Below are positions 22,301-35,140 of a stretch of 64,000 bases of DNA, piece by piece; the first letter of the stretch is position 1, and each line of letters opens with the position of its first letter. The notes under the pieces were generated by a model. That model made no database searches. It saw nothing but the letters and a program-made list of their open reading frames with translations, and was not told where the DNA came from. The position numbers were made by a program, and so were the translations under genes. Source of the DNA: Cyanophora paradoxa CCMP329 (Eukaryota > Plantae > Glaucophyta); contig QPMI01000644.1 in NCBI GenBank assembly GCA_004431415.1, positions 55,905-119,904 of the forward strand. The letters are read 5' to 3'.

Positions 22301-24489
22301 CCTCTCCAACGCCGCCTCGTTCCGCCCGGCGGCCGCCTCGCTGCCGGTGTACTCGGAGGCGGCGGCGCGGGGCCGCACCGCCGTCGACGTACCCCTCGAG
22401 TGCGTCCGGGCGCTGCTCGTCCTCTCAGAGGTCCGATCCACTTGCCCCAGGCTCCCCCGCCGCCCTCCAAAAGCTTAGGAAGAGATCTTAAAGATTACGG
22501 AATCAAAAGATCTAGGAGAACCTTCCAGGAGAGTTCTTCTTCAAGCTTCTTAGACCTCTGACTTCTTGGGCTTTCGTCAGGTCTACTGGCACCGGGCGGA
22601 GGGCCTGCCGCTCGCCTACGCCAACCTGCGCGCCCTCAACCTCGCCGAGGCCTACGCCGCCGCGCGGCCCGACTCGTCCTTCTGGGGCAACGGTGCGGCC
22701 AGCTTCCCCCGAAACGCCGTAATGCCGTACCCCCCTAACCAACCAACTCCTCTTCCCCCCCCCTCTCAGAGCTGCCGAAGGTGTACGCGTCGATGGGGTA
22801 CGGGCACCACGCGCGGGGCTGGCACGGGGCGGCCGCGCACTACGTCGAGCGCGCCCTCGAGTGCGCCCAGTACGCCTCCGAGCCCCTCGTCCGGGTGCGC
22901 GGCCCCGCGCCCGCCCCCGCCCCGCCCCCGCCCCCGTCCGGCGTCCCGCCCCGTCCTCCTGCCCCTGCCCCGCCCCGCCTCGCCTCCGGCCGAGCGGCGG
23001 CGGCTGAGGGGCGGCGCGGCAGGCGGACCTGCTCTCGCGGATCGGGGGCCTGCTGCTGCTCGAGCCCGAGCCCGAGCTCGGCCGCGCCCTCGCCATGGCC
23101 CGCGAGGTGCACGAAATAGACTCCAAACGGACTTCGATCTTGAAATTTGATCCCCCCTCTATATAATTGCTTGCCGCTCACATTCTTTCGTTCTCTCGGC
23201 GCAGGCGTCGCTGGCGCTGGAGATGCAGGCGCTCGTCTCCTGCGCGCCGTCCCCCGCCGCCGCCGCCGGCGTCGCCTCGAGCTCCCGCGTCGCCGCCCGC
23301 GCCGCCGCCGTCCAGATCGAGGCCCGCCCGCCCGCCCGCCCCGACCCGCCCGAGCCTTATCATCCCTAACTAAAAAGCCAAAGAAAAGCCCTGAAGAGGT
23401 CCATACCATCCCGACCCGCCCGGGCCCTAAGAAAAGCTCCGTTCGCGCAGGTTCTGACGCTGCAGGGGAAGCTCCGCGAGGTGGGCGCCGTAGCCGAGGA
23501 GTACCTGAGCGGGGCCGGCCTCGGCCCCGGCGACGAGGAGGCGGCGGCGGCCGCCGCGCTCGGGCCCCGCACGGAGAGCGCCGACGCGCTGATCGTGCTG
23601 GCGGCGCACGCCCACGCCCTCCGCATGCGCGGCCTCGTCGCCCCCGCCCGCCGCGCCTGCGACCTCGCCCTCCAGGCCCGCCCGCCCTGGCCCGCCCGCC
23701 CTACCCTGCCCTAACTTCGCGCTCAGATCGCGGCGGCCGGGGGCGGCGAGGCGGGCATGGGGAGCTCCCGGGCCCCCTCCAGGTCACCATCGCCGGTGCG
23801 GGCGGGCGCTCGGGGCCCAGCCCGGGTCGCTGAACGAGCGGGCGGCAGGGCGGATGGCGGCGGTGCTGTGGGACGCGGGCCCGGCGGAGCGGGAGCGGGC
23901 GCGGCGGTACGCGCGGGCGGCGCTGGAGGCGGCGCGCGCCTCGGGCCCCGCCTTCCTCCCGCACGCCGTCGACGGCCTCCGGGGGCCTTCCTCGTCCTCT
24001 TCAACGCCGCCTGCCGCGCCTCTCCTCCTCTTCCTCCTACTCCTCCTCCGCCTCCGGCTCCCGCCGCCTGCTCGCCCTCCACGAGCCCGACGCGGAGCGC
24101 CGCGCGGCGCGCGAGGCCGCCGCCGCGCCTTCGTCGCCGACTGCGGCGAGCTCGCGGCGCGCGTCGCCGCGTGGGCGGGGGCGCAGCGCTGCCTCCGCCA
24201 CGCGGCGCTGCGCATGCGGGGCGAGCTGGCGATGCTTCGGGGCGAGCCCGACGAGGCGGCGCGGCTCCTCTCCGAGGCGGCCGGCGAGGCCCGCGCCCGC
24301 GGCTTCCCCCTCGACGAGGCCTTCTGCCTCCTGCGCGCCGCCCAGGCCCGCGCCGCGGGGCCCCGCCCGGCCCCAAAGGAAGAGCTGGAGGCGGAGCTGG
24401 AGGCCCCCGCCGCCCTTTTCGCCGCCTGCGGCTGCGCCCTCGGCGCCTCGCTCGTCGAGCGGCTGAGGCGCGGGCACACCCTCCTGTAG
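12730..24489 (+). CDS. Soluble adenylyl-cyclase-like (ADCY10/sAC/SgcA-type) protein: two class III cyclase domains + STAND P-loop NTPase + TPR-like helical region
   Basis: C1: LFA|DVSGFSKL, GGDVIKF|AGDA, GIGAG, APGEIVLS. C2: AELRRVSVLFV, VMHDDK|G, AFGLP..HEDD, IGIATG, EYMLVGDSIVVAARLM, LKGK. Walker A GAGLGKS (~16703-16729), Walker B IVIDDAQWAD (~18301), GNPL, ARMDAL..LKVASVLG, FKHA, LAHHF. Confidence 0.92.
15771..15823 (-). repeat. Short dispersed element, copy B, in a cyclase-gene intron
   Basis: Reverse complement reads GAGAGATAGCCTAAGGTGGCTTAGGTGTGGCGGTAGAGTTAAGACTGCTGCCC; 35/37 identical to 50529-50565. Confidence 0.75.
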
Positions 24490-25729
24490 CCGTGGCCGGC
24501 GCCTGTAGTCAACCGTTGAACCTTGCCTAGGCCTACTAGTGCTATTCCGAATTATAGTGTCTGTTTATTTAAATTCTATTTTCACTGATCCCCTCGGTTT
24601 CCTGCCACTGGGCCATGCTGGTCCTCTTCAGTTTCCGGCGCTGCGCCGGCCCTGCAGCTGGCCTTCAGTGAAAAATCGCGAAGCTCAAGCTTGATCGCAT
24701 GAGCCGCTGAGGCTGCCCGGACTCCCGGGAGGCTGCCGCTGATCATGAGCGCCAGCGCGCGCTAGCCGCTGAGCCTAGTAGCGCGCTCGAGCAGCTATAG
24801 CCGCTGGTCCGCTGAGCGCTAGCTAGCTATAGCGCAGTGAGAATGGGGTACAGGTACAGTGCAACCGTTGCTCCTAGGCAGGTCAGTTCGCAACGGCCGG
24901 ATAACCCTACAATTTAATTCTTTTCAGCGTCGATGGAAATGGGCGGGGGGATCCGACCGGGGGTGCACTAATTCTCGGTGATCGCCCAGACGCAGCCCAG
25001 TAGCATGAATGCTGATAGACGGTCGACGTCGACGCTCCGGAGCCGCGCGAGCAGCAGCACTGCAGCGCTAGCGCTTGCTGGAACTTGTGCTGCTGCAGCT
25101 GGCGTCGGCGGCGGCAAGGAGACATTGCCAACGTTAACGTTTCAAGTTTGACTGCAGCAACACAGTTAGTTCTGTAGGCATTCGTAGTGGCGGCGCCGCG
25201 GCGGGTCGACGTCGCGTTGAACGGCGGCCGGGCGGTTCTGCAAACGCAGGTCATCGTATCATGATCATAGCAGCGATCGCCCCAACTGCCATTCTGTAGA
25301 AAGCCATCGTCGCTGTCCAGCTCGCTCGCGCAAGCGGCGCTCGCTAGCTTTAGTTAGGGTCGGATATCGATCCCGGCCCGCAAGCTTGAAAGGGTAGCGC
25401 AGCTCTCGAACAGCGCGACTCGGCGAGCGCGAGCCAACCTTACCAACTACAGCAGGCCGCGCCGCGCCGGGAGCAGACTCTGAGAGGACGCCGAGCACAG
25501 CAACGGGCGCTCACCTGCAAGGCTTCGAATCCAAGCGCCGGTGCGGTCAATGTGCACGCTGGCGCCACAGCTCGCCCGCAGCGCCCGCTAGGCTCGCTTT
25601 TCGCAGCTTACAAAGCCGCAGGACGCGCCTAATGATCGCTGAGTTGACCTTAGCGTGACTCTGCGGCGGCGAGCCGCCAGCGCCGGACCGCCAGCGTCTC
25701 TAGATCTGCAGGGCCGGAAGTGAAGGCCT

Positions 25730-28700
25730 ATGCCCCCCGAGGGCGGCTCGGCCGGGGCCTCGGTGCTCGCGAGCCCGAACCTGCTGCCCAGCTCCATCGG
25801 TCCGCGCGCCTCCGGCCGCGTTCGCTCCAATGACCGCAGGACCCGCTCTGATCATGAGCGCCCGCCGCGCCTCAGAAACCTCATCAGTGGCCGTGCTTAG
25901 CTTGGCGGAGGACCGCGGGTCGCCGCCGCCGCCGGCGGCGGCGAAGGGCCGCTCGCAGTCTCTGTCGGCAGCAATGATCCCGGGGCTCCACGCGGCCGCG
26001 GAGGCCGCCGCGGCGCCAACGGGAGAGTCGCAGCGCCCCGCCGAGCCGATCAAGCAGCGCCGCGGGCCCGGGGGCGCCGGCGCGCTGCGGCGCGTGAAGC
26101 GGAGGCTGGCGGCCTGGGTCGCCCCGTTCCTGTGCGGCCCTCTAAGCTTTCCACCCGCCCTTGATTAGCTTTCCGCTTTGCTGACGCCCCGCCCCGCCCG
26201 CAGCTCCATCCGGGTCCTCTTCATCCTCAGCGCGGTTCTGCAGGTCCGCCCGCTCGCCTCCTTCTCATGAAAGGCCTCCGCCCTCCGAACTCCGAATTCC
26301 GCCATGCTTTGATAATGCTTACGACAAGCTTTGATTAAGCTTCGATTATGCCGTTCTTGGCTATTCTTGGCCCTCTGAAAACGAAGGCGCCGCAGGTGGT
26401 CTCCGCGTGCGGCTTCACGTTCGCCATCATGTGGGTCCTCGGCCAGCGGTCCGCCTTTATTCTTCTGATCTTAATCTCTGATTATGAGAGCCTTAGCTTT
26501 TTAATGTTATGCTTTGATTATTCTAATCTTCAGCTTTATGATGAAATTCTTGGCTAAGCTCGCCTCAGGAACGTCGAATCCATGGCCGGCAACTACCTGG
26601 GGGAGCTGCAGGCCCGCCCTTCCCCCCCCCCCCCTTCTGCCCCGAATCGACGCCTGTACCCCAGGAACGCACGTTCTTCGCGGCGAAGGCGTACCTGGAC
26701 CGCGCGAAGGAGGTCGCCGAGAGCTCCGCCGACTTCGCCGCCAGGGTACGTAAAAGTAGGAGGCGCGGAGACGCTCGTCACACTGAACGGGGTGCAGGGG
26801 CTGCTGACCCCGGCGAACTGGCGGGCCAGCCTGGAGACGTTCGTCACTTCGTTTGAACGGTTCTCAGAGATAGCGCTCAACAGCGGTATCCGAAATTCCT
26901 CTTGAAGTTTGGGAAAGCCCCCCCTGATCTTCGAACTCCGTCCCAGTTATGTTCGCCAATGGAACTTTCTTCGGCTCCGAGGCGGGCCCCTTTCGCCCCT
27001 CGCTCGCCCTCGCCCCTCCCTCGCCGCCTCTGAAGCGGGCGGGCACCGAACAGAAATGCTACAAAGAGGAGCTGGGGGGCGCCTGTCCCGCAGGCTCTCG
27101 CACCATCTTCGGGAACCGAACCCACTACGTCTACTTCACCAACGGGCGCCGCGGGCAGGTGCGGCCGCCGCCGACGACGCCGCCTTCGCCTCTGCTGGCG
27201 CTCACCTAGCCGTGCTCAGCCGACGGGGCACCCTATCATCACCATGCGCCTGACGCCCCAGGCGACCTCGTGGTACGGCGCCACGGTCAACTCGTCGGCC
27301 GGCGCCCTCTGGTTCCCCGCCCGCTACACGAGCGTACCCCCGGTGCTCGCGTCCCCGGCATACGATGCCTTCGTTCGCCCCTGACTCGCCCCCCCCCTCC
27401 CCCCCCCCAGGGCGCGGCCGCGAACCCCCTCGACGCCGTCGTCGTCACGTGCGCGGTACCCCCCAAAAGGTCCCCGCGCGGACTCGAACCCGCGCAGCTT
27501 CGCCACGGCGTTCCGGAACAAGGGCAGCGTCCAGGCCGAGCTGGCTAACTACACGGGGGGCCTCCCGGGCACCCCATCCGCGTACCCCGGGCCGGCTACC
27601 CCGGCTTCCTGGCTCGAATCCACTCCGGGGCCGTACCCCATCGGCGGCGCCGTGTCCGTTTACCTCCGGATAGGCGCCCTCAGGTGACTCGTACGGATCT
27701 GAATCCGCTTGCCCTCGCTGAATCTGTACCCCCAGCCGACAGCTGCGGGACGCGGTCAGCATTCCGGGCACGCTATTGTTCCTCACGACTTCGGCGGTGC
27801 GCCTCCGTCCCCTCCCCCCTTCCGCCCCTCTCACTCCGCCCAGGGCCGAATGTTCGCCACGTCGACCAGCGTCTTCGAGCACGTCATCAACGTCAAGACG
27901 GTGCCTCGCCGTTCCTCTCGTATTTATCTATCTGTGTATTTGTAGCCCAGCTGACGCCGGCATGCATGCAGGGCGCCGTGCTCGCCTCAGAGAGTCCGGA
28001 CCCCCTTACCCGCGACGCCGCCCGGGCCTTCACCGCCCCCCTCGGCCCTTCGTCTGGCCCCCAGCGGCTCCTCATCCGCTGCGCCGGCCGCGACTACTTC
28101 GGAATGCGCGCACCCGAGGCCTCCTTTGCCCGTAACCCCGCGCTCCCTGCTCTAAAAATAGCGCAGGCGAGCGCCGCTCCACGTGGATCCGAACCTGGAC
28201 CTCGTGCTGTACATCGCGGTACCCCGGGACGTGGTCATGTCCGAGCTGCAGGTGGGGGTACAGGATTCGCCCTGCTTCCTGCGTGACGCCACTGCAGGGG
28301 GCCGTGACGATTGAGCTCATCGTGAACGGGGTCTGGCTCGCCGTCTGCATCTGCGTTGCGGTGCTCTATAAATAGATCAGAGGGCATTTGTTTTGCTATT
28401 CTGAAGCTGTACCCAGGTGCTGATCTCGTGGGGCATCACGCGGCCCATCGGCAAGATTCGGGGATCCATGCAGATCCTCCTTGAGGTGCTAAAAATAGAA
28501 CCCAGATCATGGCACGTAAAGCACTTACCGCCGAACACAGACGATGACGGCAGTGTACGCGGAGATGAGAATGCACGTGAATTCGGCGGCGCCGCCGCTG
28601 CCCGGACCGCCGGCGTCGAGCGAGGGGGGGGGCCAGCTCGAGTCCCGCCGGGGCACCCAATCCGTCTCATTCTCCTCCTCCGGCGGCCACAGCAACGTGC

Positions 28701-31700
28701 GGCTCAGATATCATCTGATCTGATCTGATCTAATCTGATCTGATCGATCCGAGCCTCAGGTGCACCTGAGGGAGCTGACGGCCTTCGACGACCTCGTCAG
28801 CGATATGTACTCAAGATTCGTCTCGTTTCAGGAGGTGACTGTACCCCTCGCGCGATCGAAGAACAGCTAACGCATCCAAAAATAGGTCGTTTCCACGGAG
28901 GCGAAGGCGAAGATCGAGATGGAAGTGCGGTCCGAGGAGACCAAGAAGGTGGCGTACCCCCTTCCTCACCGGTTCAGAGAAGAGTCTGATTTTTCTTCCG
29001 CAGTTCCTCGCAACTGTTTCTCACGTACGTATGAGCTTCAGTCCTGTTGAGTTGTACCCCCTGATTCCGCCTCGCAGGAGATGCGGACGCCCCTGAACGG
29101 CTTGCTGGGTAATCCGTTCTCGCGCTCCTGCCGATCTCGAGGAACCGCTGACCCGGGTACAGGAATGCTGGACCTAGCGAGGGAGTGCGAGCTGCCGCAG
29201 GAGGCCGCCGAGTACATCGAGGCGGTCCGCGTACCCCTTTACTCCTATCTATTCTTAAACCGACTGGTTTCTGCAGGCGTCGCTCTCTGGAGACCACCTC
29301 CTCGCGTGCGGCCGTACCTGTCGCGCTATCGCATAACTCTTCGCTCAGACGATTACCACCGCAGCCTCTTGAACGATATCCTGGACCTGCAGGTGCCCCG
29401 TACCCCCCTTCTCTTTTTTTCGAGCCGCCTTACCCCCGTCCCAGAAAATGGAGGCGGGCCTCATCGAGCTCTCGGTACCCCTTTCACCGTCTTCCCCCTT
29501 CCGCCCCCTCACCGTACCCCCAGAGCGCCCCCGTCGACGTCCGATCGGCAGTCGTGAACGCCGTCCGAATCGTGAAGCGAAAGGCCGACGAAAAGGTGCT
29601 ATTTATTCCGCCCAGATCCCGCTGCTTTCCGAGCGTTCTACTTTCAGGGCCTGTCCGTCTCGATGGACGTGGCGGATCACGTACCCCTCGTCGTCTTCTC
29701 GGACCCGGACCGGCTCCGCCGTGCGCATTTCCCATACCCCCGTCCCTCTCTTTCATTCTGACGGGCTCGGCAGAGGTCTTGCTGAACCTGGTACCCCTCT
29801 TTTCTTTGCTTCGCTCCAGAGCAGAGCCCTAATCCCTGCAGCTATCCAACGCGGTCAAATACACGCTCCGAGGCGCAATCGACGTGCGTATATCTCCCTC
29901 TCTTTACCCCTCCTTTCCCTCCGAACGAGCCTCGGCAGGTCCGCGTTTCGATCCCGCCGCTGCCCGCGATGCCGATCAGCATGCGAGAGCCGCGAACGAG
30001 CCTGGGCCGCCCCGGCCGCATCGTCCTGCGATTCGAGGTCCTCTCATCCCTTGAGCGGCGCCGCGCCCTATTTTAAGCTGTCGGAACGGCCCGCTCAGAT
30101 CATGGACTCGGGCCCGGGTATAGCCCTGGAGCACCAGGTCAGACTAACATCGAGCCTCGGCTCTCCCGGGTCCTCGTTTGGCCTGAGCCTCTCTCTTCCC
30201 GCAGCTGCATCTCTTCCAGCGCTTCTACAGGGTCCAGCACCCCTCCGGTACCCAGAACGACCCCGGCGGCACAGGCCTCGGTGCGTGGCTCATATGAGAC
30301 ATATGAGAGGGGGTTCGCTCACCGCTCACGGGGGTACAGGCCTCGCGATCAGCAGAGAAATCGTGGAGAAGGCAGGCGGCCGCATCGGCTGTACGAGCAC
30401 CCTCGGCGAGGGCAGGCGCGCCGTCTAATACTAGACTTCGCTCTGCACTCTCTGAGCCGACTGCAGCTGTTTCTGGTTCGAGCTGCCGTGCCGGTACGAC
30501 CGGAGTCCTCCGGGATCGGACGGCATTGCGGCGTCGCAGGGCGTCCGCTCGACCGTCAGCGGGGCGCTGAGGTGCTTCCCTCCACGCTCCTCGTTCCTTG
30601 ATTCGATCTGATTCGTTTGTTCGCAGCCCGCGGGTCTCGGTGAACAGGCGGCAGTCGTCCTTCCCCTCAGCGGACGGATCGAATTCCCACAAGGCGCGCT
30701 ATCTTTAGAATCCATCTCGTAGTGGTAAGAGGGAGCTGAGAAGTGCGCAGGACGGGACGAACGGCCCGGCCGAGACGGAGCGGCCCTCGACCTCCGTCTG
30801 CGGCTCAGCGGCGCTGGGGAGCAGCAGCCTGGCCCCCGTCGACGTCCTCGTGGCCGAGGGTACGCCTTTCTTTCTCTGCTTTCAGGTCGGATCAGATCTG
30901 ATCTGAGCGGATCCGGGTCGCAGACAACGTGATGAGCGCGCGGGTCGTGACTCAGATGCTCAGGAAGGAGGGGCACCGTGTCACTCTGGCCACGAACGGC
31001 GCCGAGGTGAGGTCACCCTGGGAGACGCTCCAATTAGGTTGAAGGCGGGAGCGGCTGCGAAGGGCGCCGGGCGTGCCCGCGGGGGCGGGCGGGCGATCTC
31101 CCCTCGAGCCGTCCCCTCTAGCCCCTCGCCGCGCCCGGCTCCATCCATCCATCCATCTGTTTGGTGTCGGCGCGCGCTGCGCGCCCTCCGGGACGGCTAG
31201 AGGCGACACCTAGGGGGCGGCTTTCCCGCCTAAAATGACATCCGATGTGGGCGAGGGTCCAATCCAATCCTGGTTGCGGCGCAGGCGGTGCGGCTGTTCC
31301 GAGAGGCTACGGCGGGGGTCGAGAGGGGGGGTACGGCCTACGGCCTGATCTTCATGGACGTGCGTTCGAATCCGGCCGAGTCCCTTTCCCGTTTGATCTG
31401 ATCCTCGTTCCGCAGTGTCTCATGCCGGTCATGTGCGGCCGCTCCTCGGCGGGTCTTGAAGAGGAGGCACTGATTTTCGCCGCAGGGACGGGTTCGAGGC
31501 GACGGGCGCGATCCGCGGGATCGAATCCGAGCGCGGCCTTGGCCGCCACTTCGTCGTGGCCCTCACGGTACCCCCTGCGCGGCCCGATCTAAAAATAGAC
31601 CGCCCACGAACCGTTTCCAGGCCAAAGCGACCAGCGAGGACGAGCAGGAGTGCCTCCGGGCCGGAATGGTACGGTACCCCTCACCCCCGACAACTCTGAA

Positions 31701-33330
31701 CCCCCGCGAAAGACAAATCGGTACCCTCTCAGGACCGGTACCTCGCGAAGCCCGTGCGGCGCGCGACGCTGGCCGCCATGGTACGACGTACTCTTGTTTC
31801 TTTTTGGTTTTTTCATCTGATCGCGTACCCCCGCAGCTGGAGGAGCGTGCGGGGATGCTGCAGGGCGGTAGCGTGCGCGGGGCGACTGCGACGGTGGCCT
31901 CCCGGCGGCCCTTCTCTGAGCCAGTGGAGCCGATCGCTGAGGTCACTGAGTCCCGTCTGCATTCGTATGCGGCGCGTCTCACTCGGCGGGGCAGGCGGAT
32001 CCGCCGTCCGGGCCGCCCTCGGGTGTCACTTCTCGGCGCGCGTCGGCTCCGGCTCCGGCGGCAGCGGTTGACGCGAGGCGGCCCTCGGGGGCCGAAAGAC
32101 AGACCTCGATACGCGAGTGGCAGGCGGAGGCGGAGGCGGCCGCGGCCGTCGGAGACGGAGCAGGGGGCATCGAGGAGGAGACGAAGGGGGTAGGGGACAT
32201 TAATATTCCAGGGTTCACTGGGGGCGAGGCGGGGACGGAGGGGCCGCCCCCCGCCCCATCCCCCTCCGAAGCGCGGCTCGAGGCCACCGTACCCCCCGAT
32301 GACCCCCAACCCCCCTCGCGCCCCAAGTCGCGCCTCAACGGCGGGGTACCGGCGACCCCGTCGTCGAACCCGTCGGATTCCCAGTCGCCGCCCCTCCCCC
32401 CCCCCGTCTCCCCAGTATCCCCCGCCGCCGAATCCACGAAGCGCGTACCCGTCGGGCCCCCGCTGGACATCATGATCGTGGACGACGTCGAGGCGCGTAC
32501 CCCCCACCTGCCTCCTGGGAGGAGCTCACATGTGCCTCAGATGAACCGCCGGGTGCTCGTCGCGCTGCTCTCGAAGGAGGGGCACAAAATCGAGGTCGCG
32601 TGCGACGGCAAGGTCGGTATCCGTCATAGAGACGTTTCTCGTACCCCCTGACGCCCTCCTAGGAAGCCGCAGAGATCTTCGAGAGGCGCGCAAAGGAGCT
32701 GGAGGGGGCTACCCCTCCGGAGGGACCGCCCCGGCCCGTCTTCGACTGCGTCTTCATGTGAGCTTTTTATTGATTTCGCTCTCCGCCTCTGGTTGACGGC
32801 GTACCCCCGCAGGGACATCACCATGCCGGTGATGGACGGGTGAGCCGCACGCCCTTCCCATCCCCGGCCCGTTACCCCGAGTAACCTGTACCCCAGGTAC
32901 GCATCGACGCGGCGGATCCGCCACACAGAGAAGACGCTAGTTGTACCCGTCCCAACTCCCGTGGTCGCCTGCACCGCCCTCTCCTCCTCGGACGGTTCGC
33001 GTCTCGAAGGCAGATCTGTTCTGAATGTTCAGATCTGATCTGATCTGAGCCTCAGACCGCGAGAGCATGACCGAGGCGGGGATGGACGACCTGGTCCGCG
33101 TACCCCCCTCCCCCTCCCCCCAATGCCCTTTCCCCTCGCTCACAGAGGGTCAGGTCGTCAAGCCCGTCGGCCGCGCCAAGATCTTCAACGTCCTTGCCAA
33201 GTGGGCGAAGCGCGGGGGGTACACCGCCAACGCGTACGAGGGGTCGCGCCGGGGCGGCCACACCCTCGCCTCGCTGCACAACCTCGCCGAGAAGGAGAAG
33301 GACAAAGGCGTCTCTGGGGACGAGGCCTGA
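25730..33330 (+). CDS. Membrane hybrid sensor histidine kinase: TM - extracytoplasmic (Cache-like?) sensor - TM/HAMP-like - HisKA - HATPase - two receiver domains
   Basis: H-box FLATVSH|EMRTPLNGLL|GM, LLNDILDL, GDPDRLR, N-box LLNL|LSNAVKYT, G1 DSGPGI, F-box LFQRFYRV, G2 GGTGL|GLAIS, FWFELP. REC1 VLVAE|DN..LIFMD|CLMPVM|DGFEA..AKP. REC2 IMIVDD..CVFM|DITMPVMDG..VKP. TM segments near 26210-26440 and 28310-28440. Confidence 0.95.
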
Positions 33331-33407
33331 TTTGTATTATTTGTCGTAGATGTGGCTAGCTTATTATGCGCTTAGTCTGGCCATTGTTTGATTTCCAGTT
33401 TATCAGT

Positions 33408-33512
33408 ATATGGATTCCGCGAGCTCTAGATCTCGCTGTATTCAACCTATCCGATCTAGATCTCGCTGTATTCAACCTATGGATTCCGCGAGCTCTAGAT
33501 CTCGCTTTATTC
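33408..33512. repeat. Nested tandem duplication downstream of the kinase stop
   Basis: TCTAGATCTCGCT(G/T)TATTC three times; TGGATTCCGCGAGC twice. Confidence 0.85.
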
Positions 33513-34989
33513 GCCGCATTTATTGTAGGCTGTTTCTACCGCCTTTGGGCCGTGTATGCGTATCTTCCGTATTGCAGAATTACTTTATCGCGTTTTGGCA
33601 GTATTCGCCGTCTTTCGGGCCTCTCTGGTATTGTTTTTCAAGTAATTCGGAGAAGGCCCTGTTTTCAATATTTTCCTTTTCCAGCTATTCCCGCAGTCTC
33701 TGTATTTGCCGCTGTGCTTTTGTGAATCATGCGCTCATATGAATTCGAATCGATCAGAGGACGTGCCTCAGGGAGTAGATCAGATCAGTGCCTCGTCAGA
33801 GAGCAGATCTAGACTCGCAGCTTAATTTTCCGAGTTCGAATTCGTACAAGTAGTGTACAATAATTAGAAGTCATTTAGACTCTCCGGATCCTCCATTTCT
33901 GGAATCTGAGGAGCAGAGCACAGGTACTACGGTAATCTCGTGTGTTTCAGCTTCGACTTCGTAGAGCCGGACCCGGGAGCGTAGTTAACGTTCCAAGCGC
34001 TAGCCTAGTAGGCCATATAGGCCTAGGCTGTGTCTCTGTGTGTCTGTCTGTTTAGTGTGCGTCTCGCGACTTGGGAGTCGACGTCAGGCTTTTGAGTCGA
34101 TCAGGCAATGGCCTAGTAGAGCGGCCCAGCCGGGGGATCCAGAAGCGTAAAAGGGCTGCCGCAGTGCACTGCGGAAAAAGGCTGCACTGCGGCATGGGGC
34201 CGAGGGGACTCCGGACCGCGGCCGGACTCCATCCGATTAATTATGTATAATTCATGCAAGGGGGGAAAGAAGACGGAAGGGATTCCTCCTTGCTTCCCGT
34301 TCAACGGTTCCCTCGCTTCAGCCAAAAATTCATCTTCTCGTCTGCTCGGCTTGCCGCTGATGCGCTCGCTAGAGCTGCCGGGTTCTCGCACACGAGAAGA
34401 ATAAATCGAACACAATACAGCTCGCGATCGCCGCTGCATGACCTATAGCTACTGTACTAGTACCTGCAAAAGGCCCTGACCGTCAAGCTGCGCATTCGTC
34501 AATCAGAACCACAAATGTTCAGAGCAGCTGGCTACGCACTGATCATTATGAAAGCTCCAGACCGTCTAGAGGGGAAAAAGCACCGACTGCACACAAACTG
34601 ATCCCCGTTCCCCCCTTGCATCCCTGGCGCGAGAATCGCGGCCGGCCCACTAGTATTAATATTCAAATATTAATATCCTCTGCGCATGCGCGCAGCCCCG
34701 CCTGCAGCTGCCAGCTGCAGCTGCAGGCCCTGAGGCCCTGAGTGCCGCGGCCGCCGGGCTGGCCATGGCAGGCCTGTCGAAGTTGGCTATGCCAGTTGCA
34801 GCCTGGCAGGGCTCGGATCGCGAGGAGCGTCTGGCCGGCCGCGGGCCCCCCGCCCTGGTCATATTAAATCAAGAAAGCACGACTCTTTACATGTACATGT
34901 GACGAGCATGCAATTGAGATATTGACTCAGTGATCATGCATATGATCATGTTTATCCTAGCTGCGCCCCAGGCTGCAGCTGGAGCCGAT

Positions 34990-35140
34990 GAATTTGTGGA
35001 GCTTCGGAGGCGCGCGCGCTCCACCTGGCCATGGCCAAGCCTTGAAGCTCCAGCGACCGTCGGACGGCGGGGCTGCGAATTTGTGGAGGCGCGCGCGCTC
35101 CCGAGTCCGTGAAGCTCCAGCGACCGCCCGGCCGGGCTGC
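34990..35140. repeat. Imperfect intergenic direct repeat, ~87-bp period
   Basis: GAATTTGTGGAG..GGCGCGCGCGCTCC..TGAAGCTCCAGCGACCG..GGGCTGC starting at 34990 and 35077. Confidence 0.8.

Noticed and set aside
31360-31385. tRNA T-loop-like GTTCGAATCC (similar at ~4283, ~25523, ~27612)
   Set aside because: No pairing T-stem or cloverleaf; the 31360 site is the start of a kinase intron.
32924-32940. U6-like ACAGAGAAGA
   Set aside because: Lies in a coding exon (HTEKTL) and lacks the rest of U6.
33366-33742. ORFs 33366..33725 and 33410..33742, and a CRISPR-like look of the repeats
   Set aside because: The peptide repeats derive from a local tandem duplication in a 3' flank; there are no unique spacers or cas genes and the context is eukaryotic.
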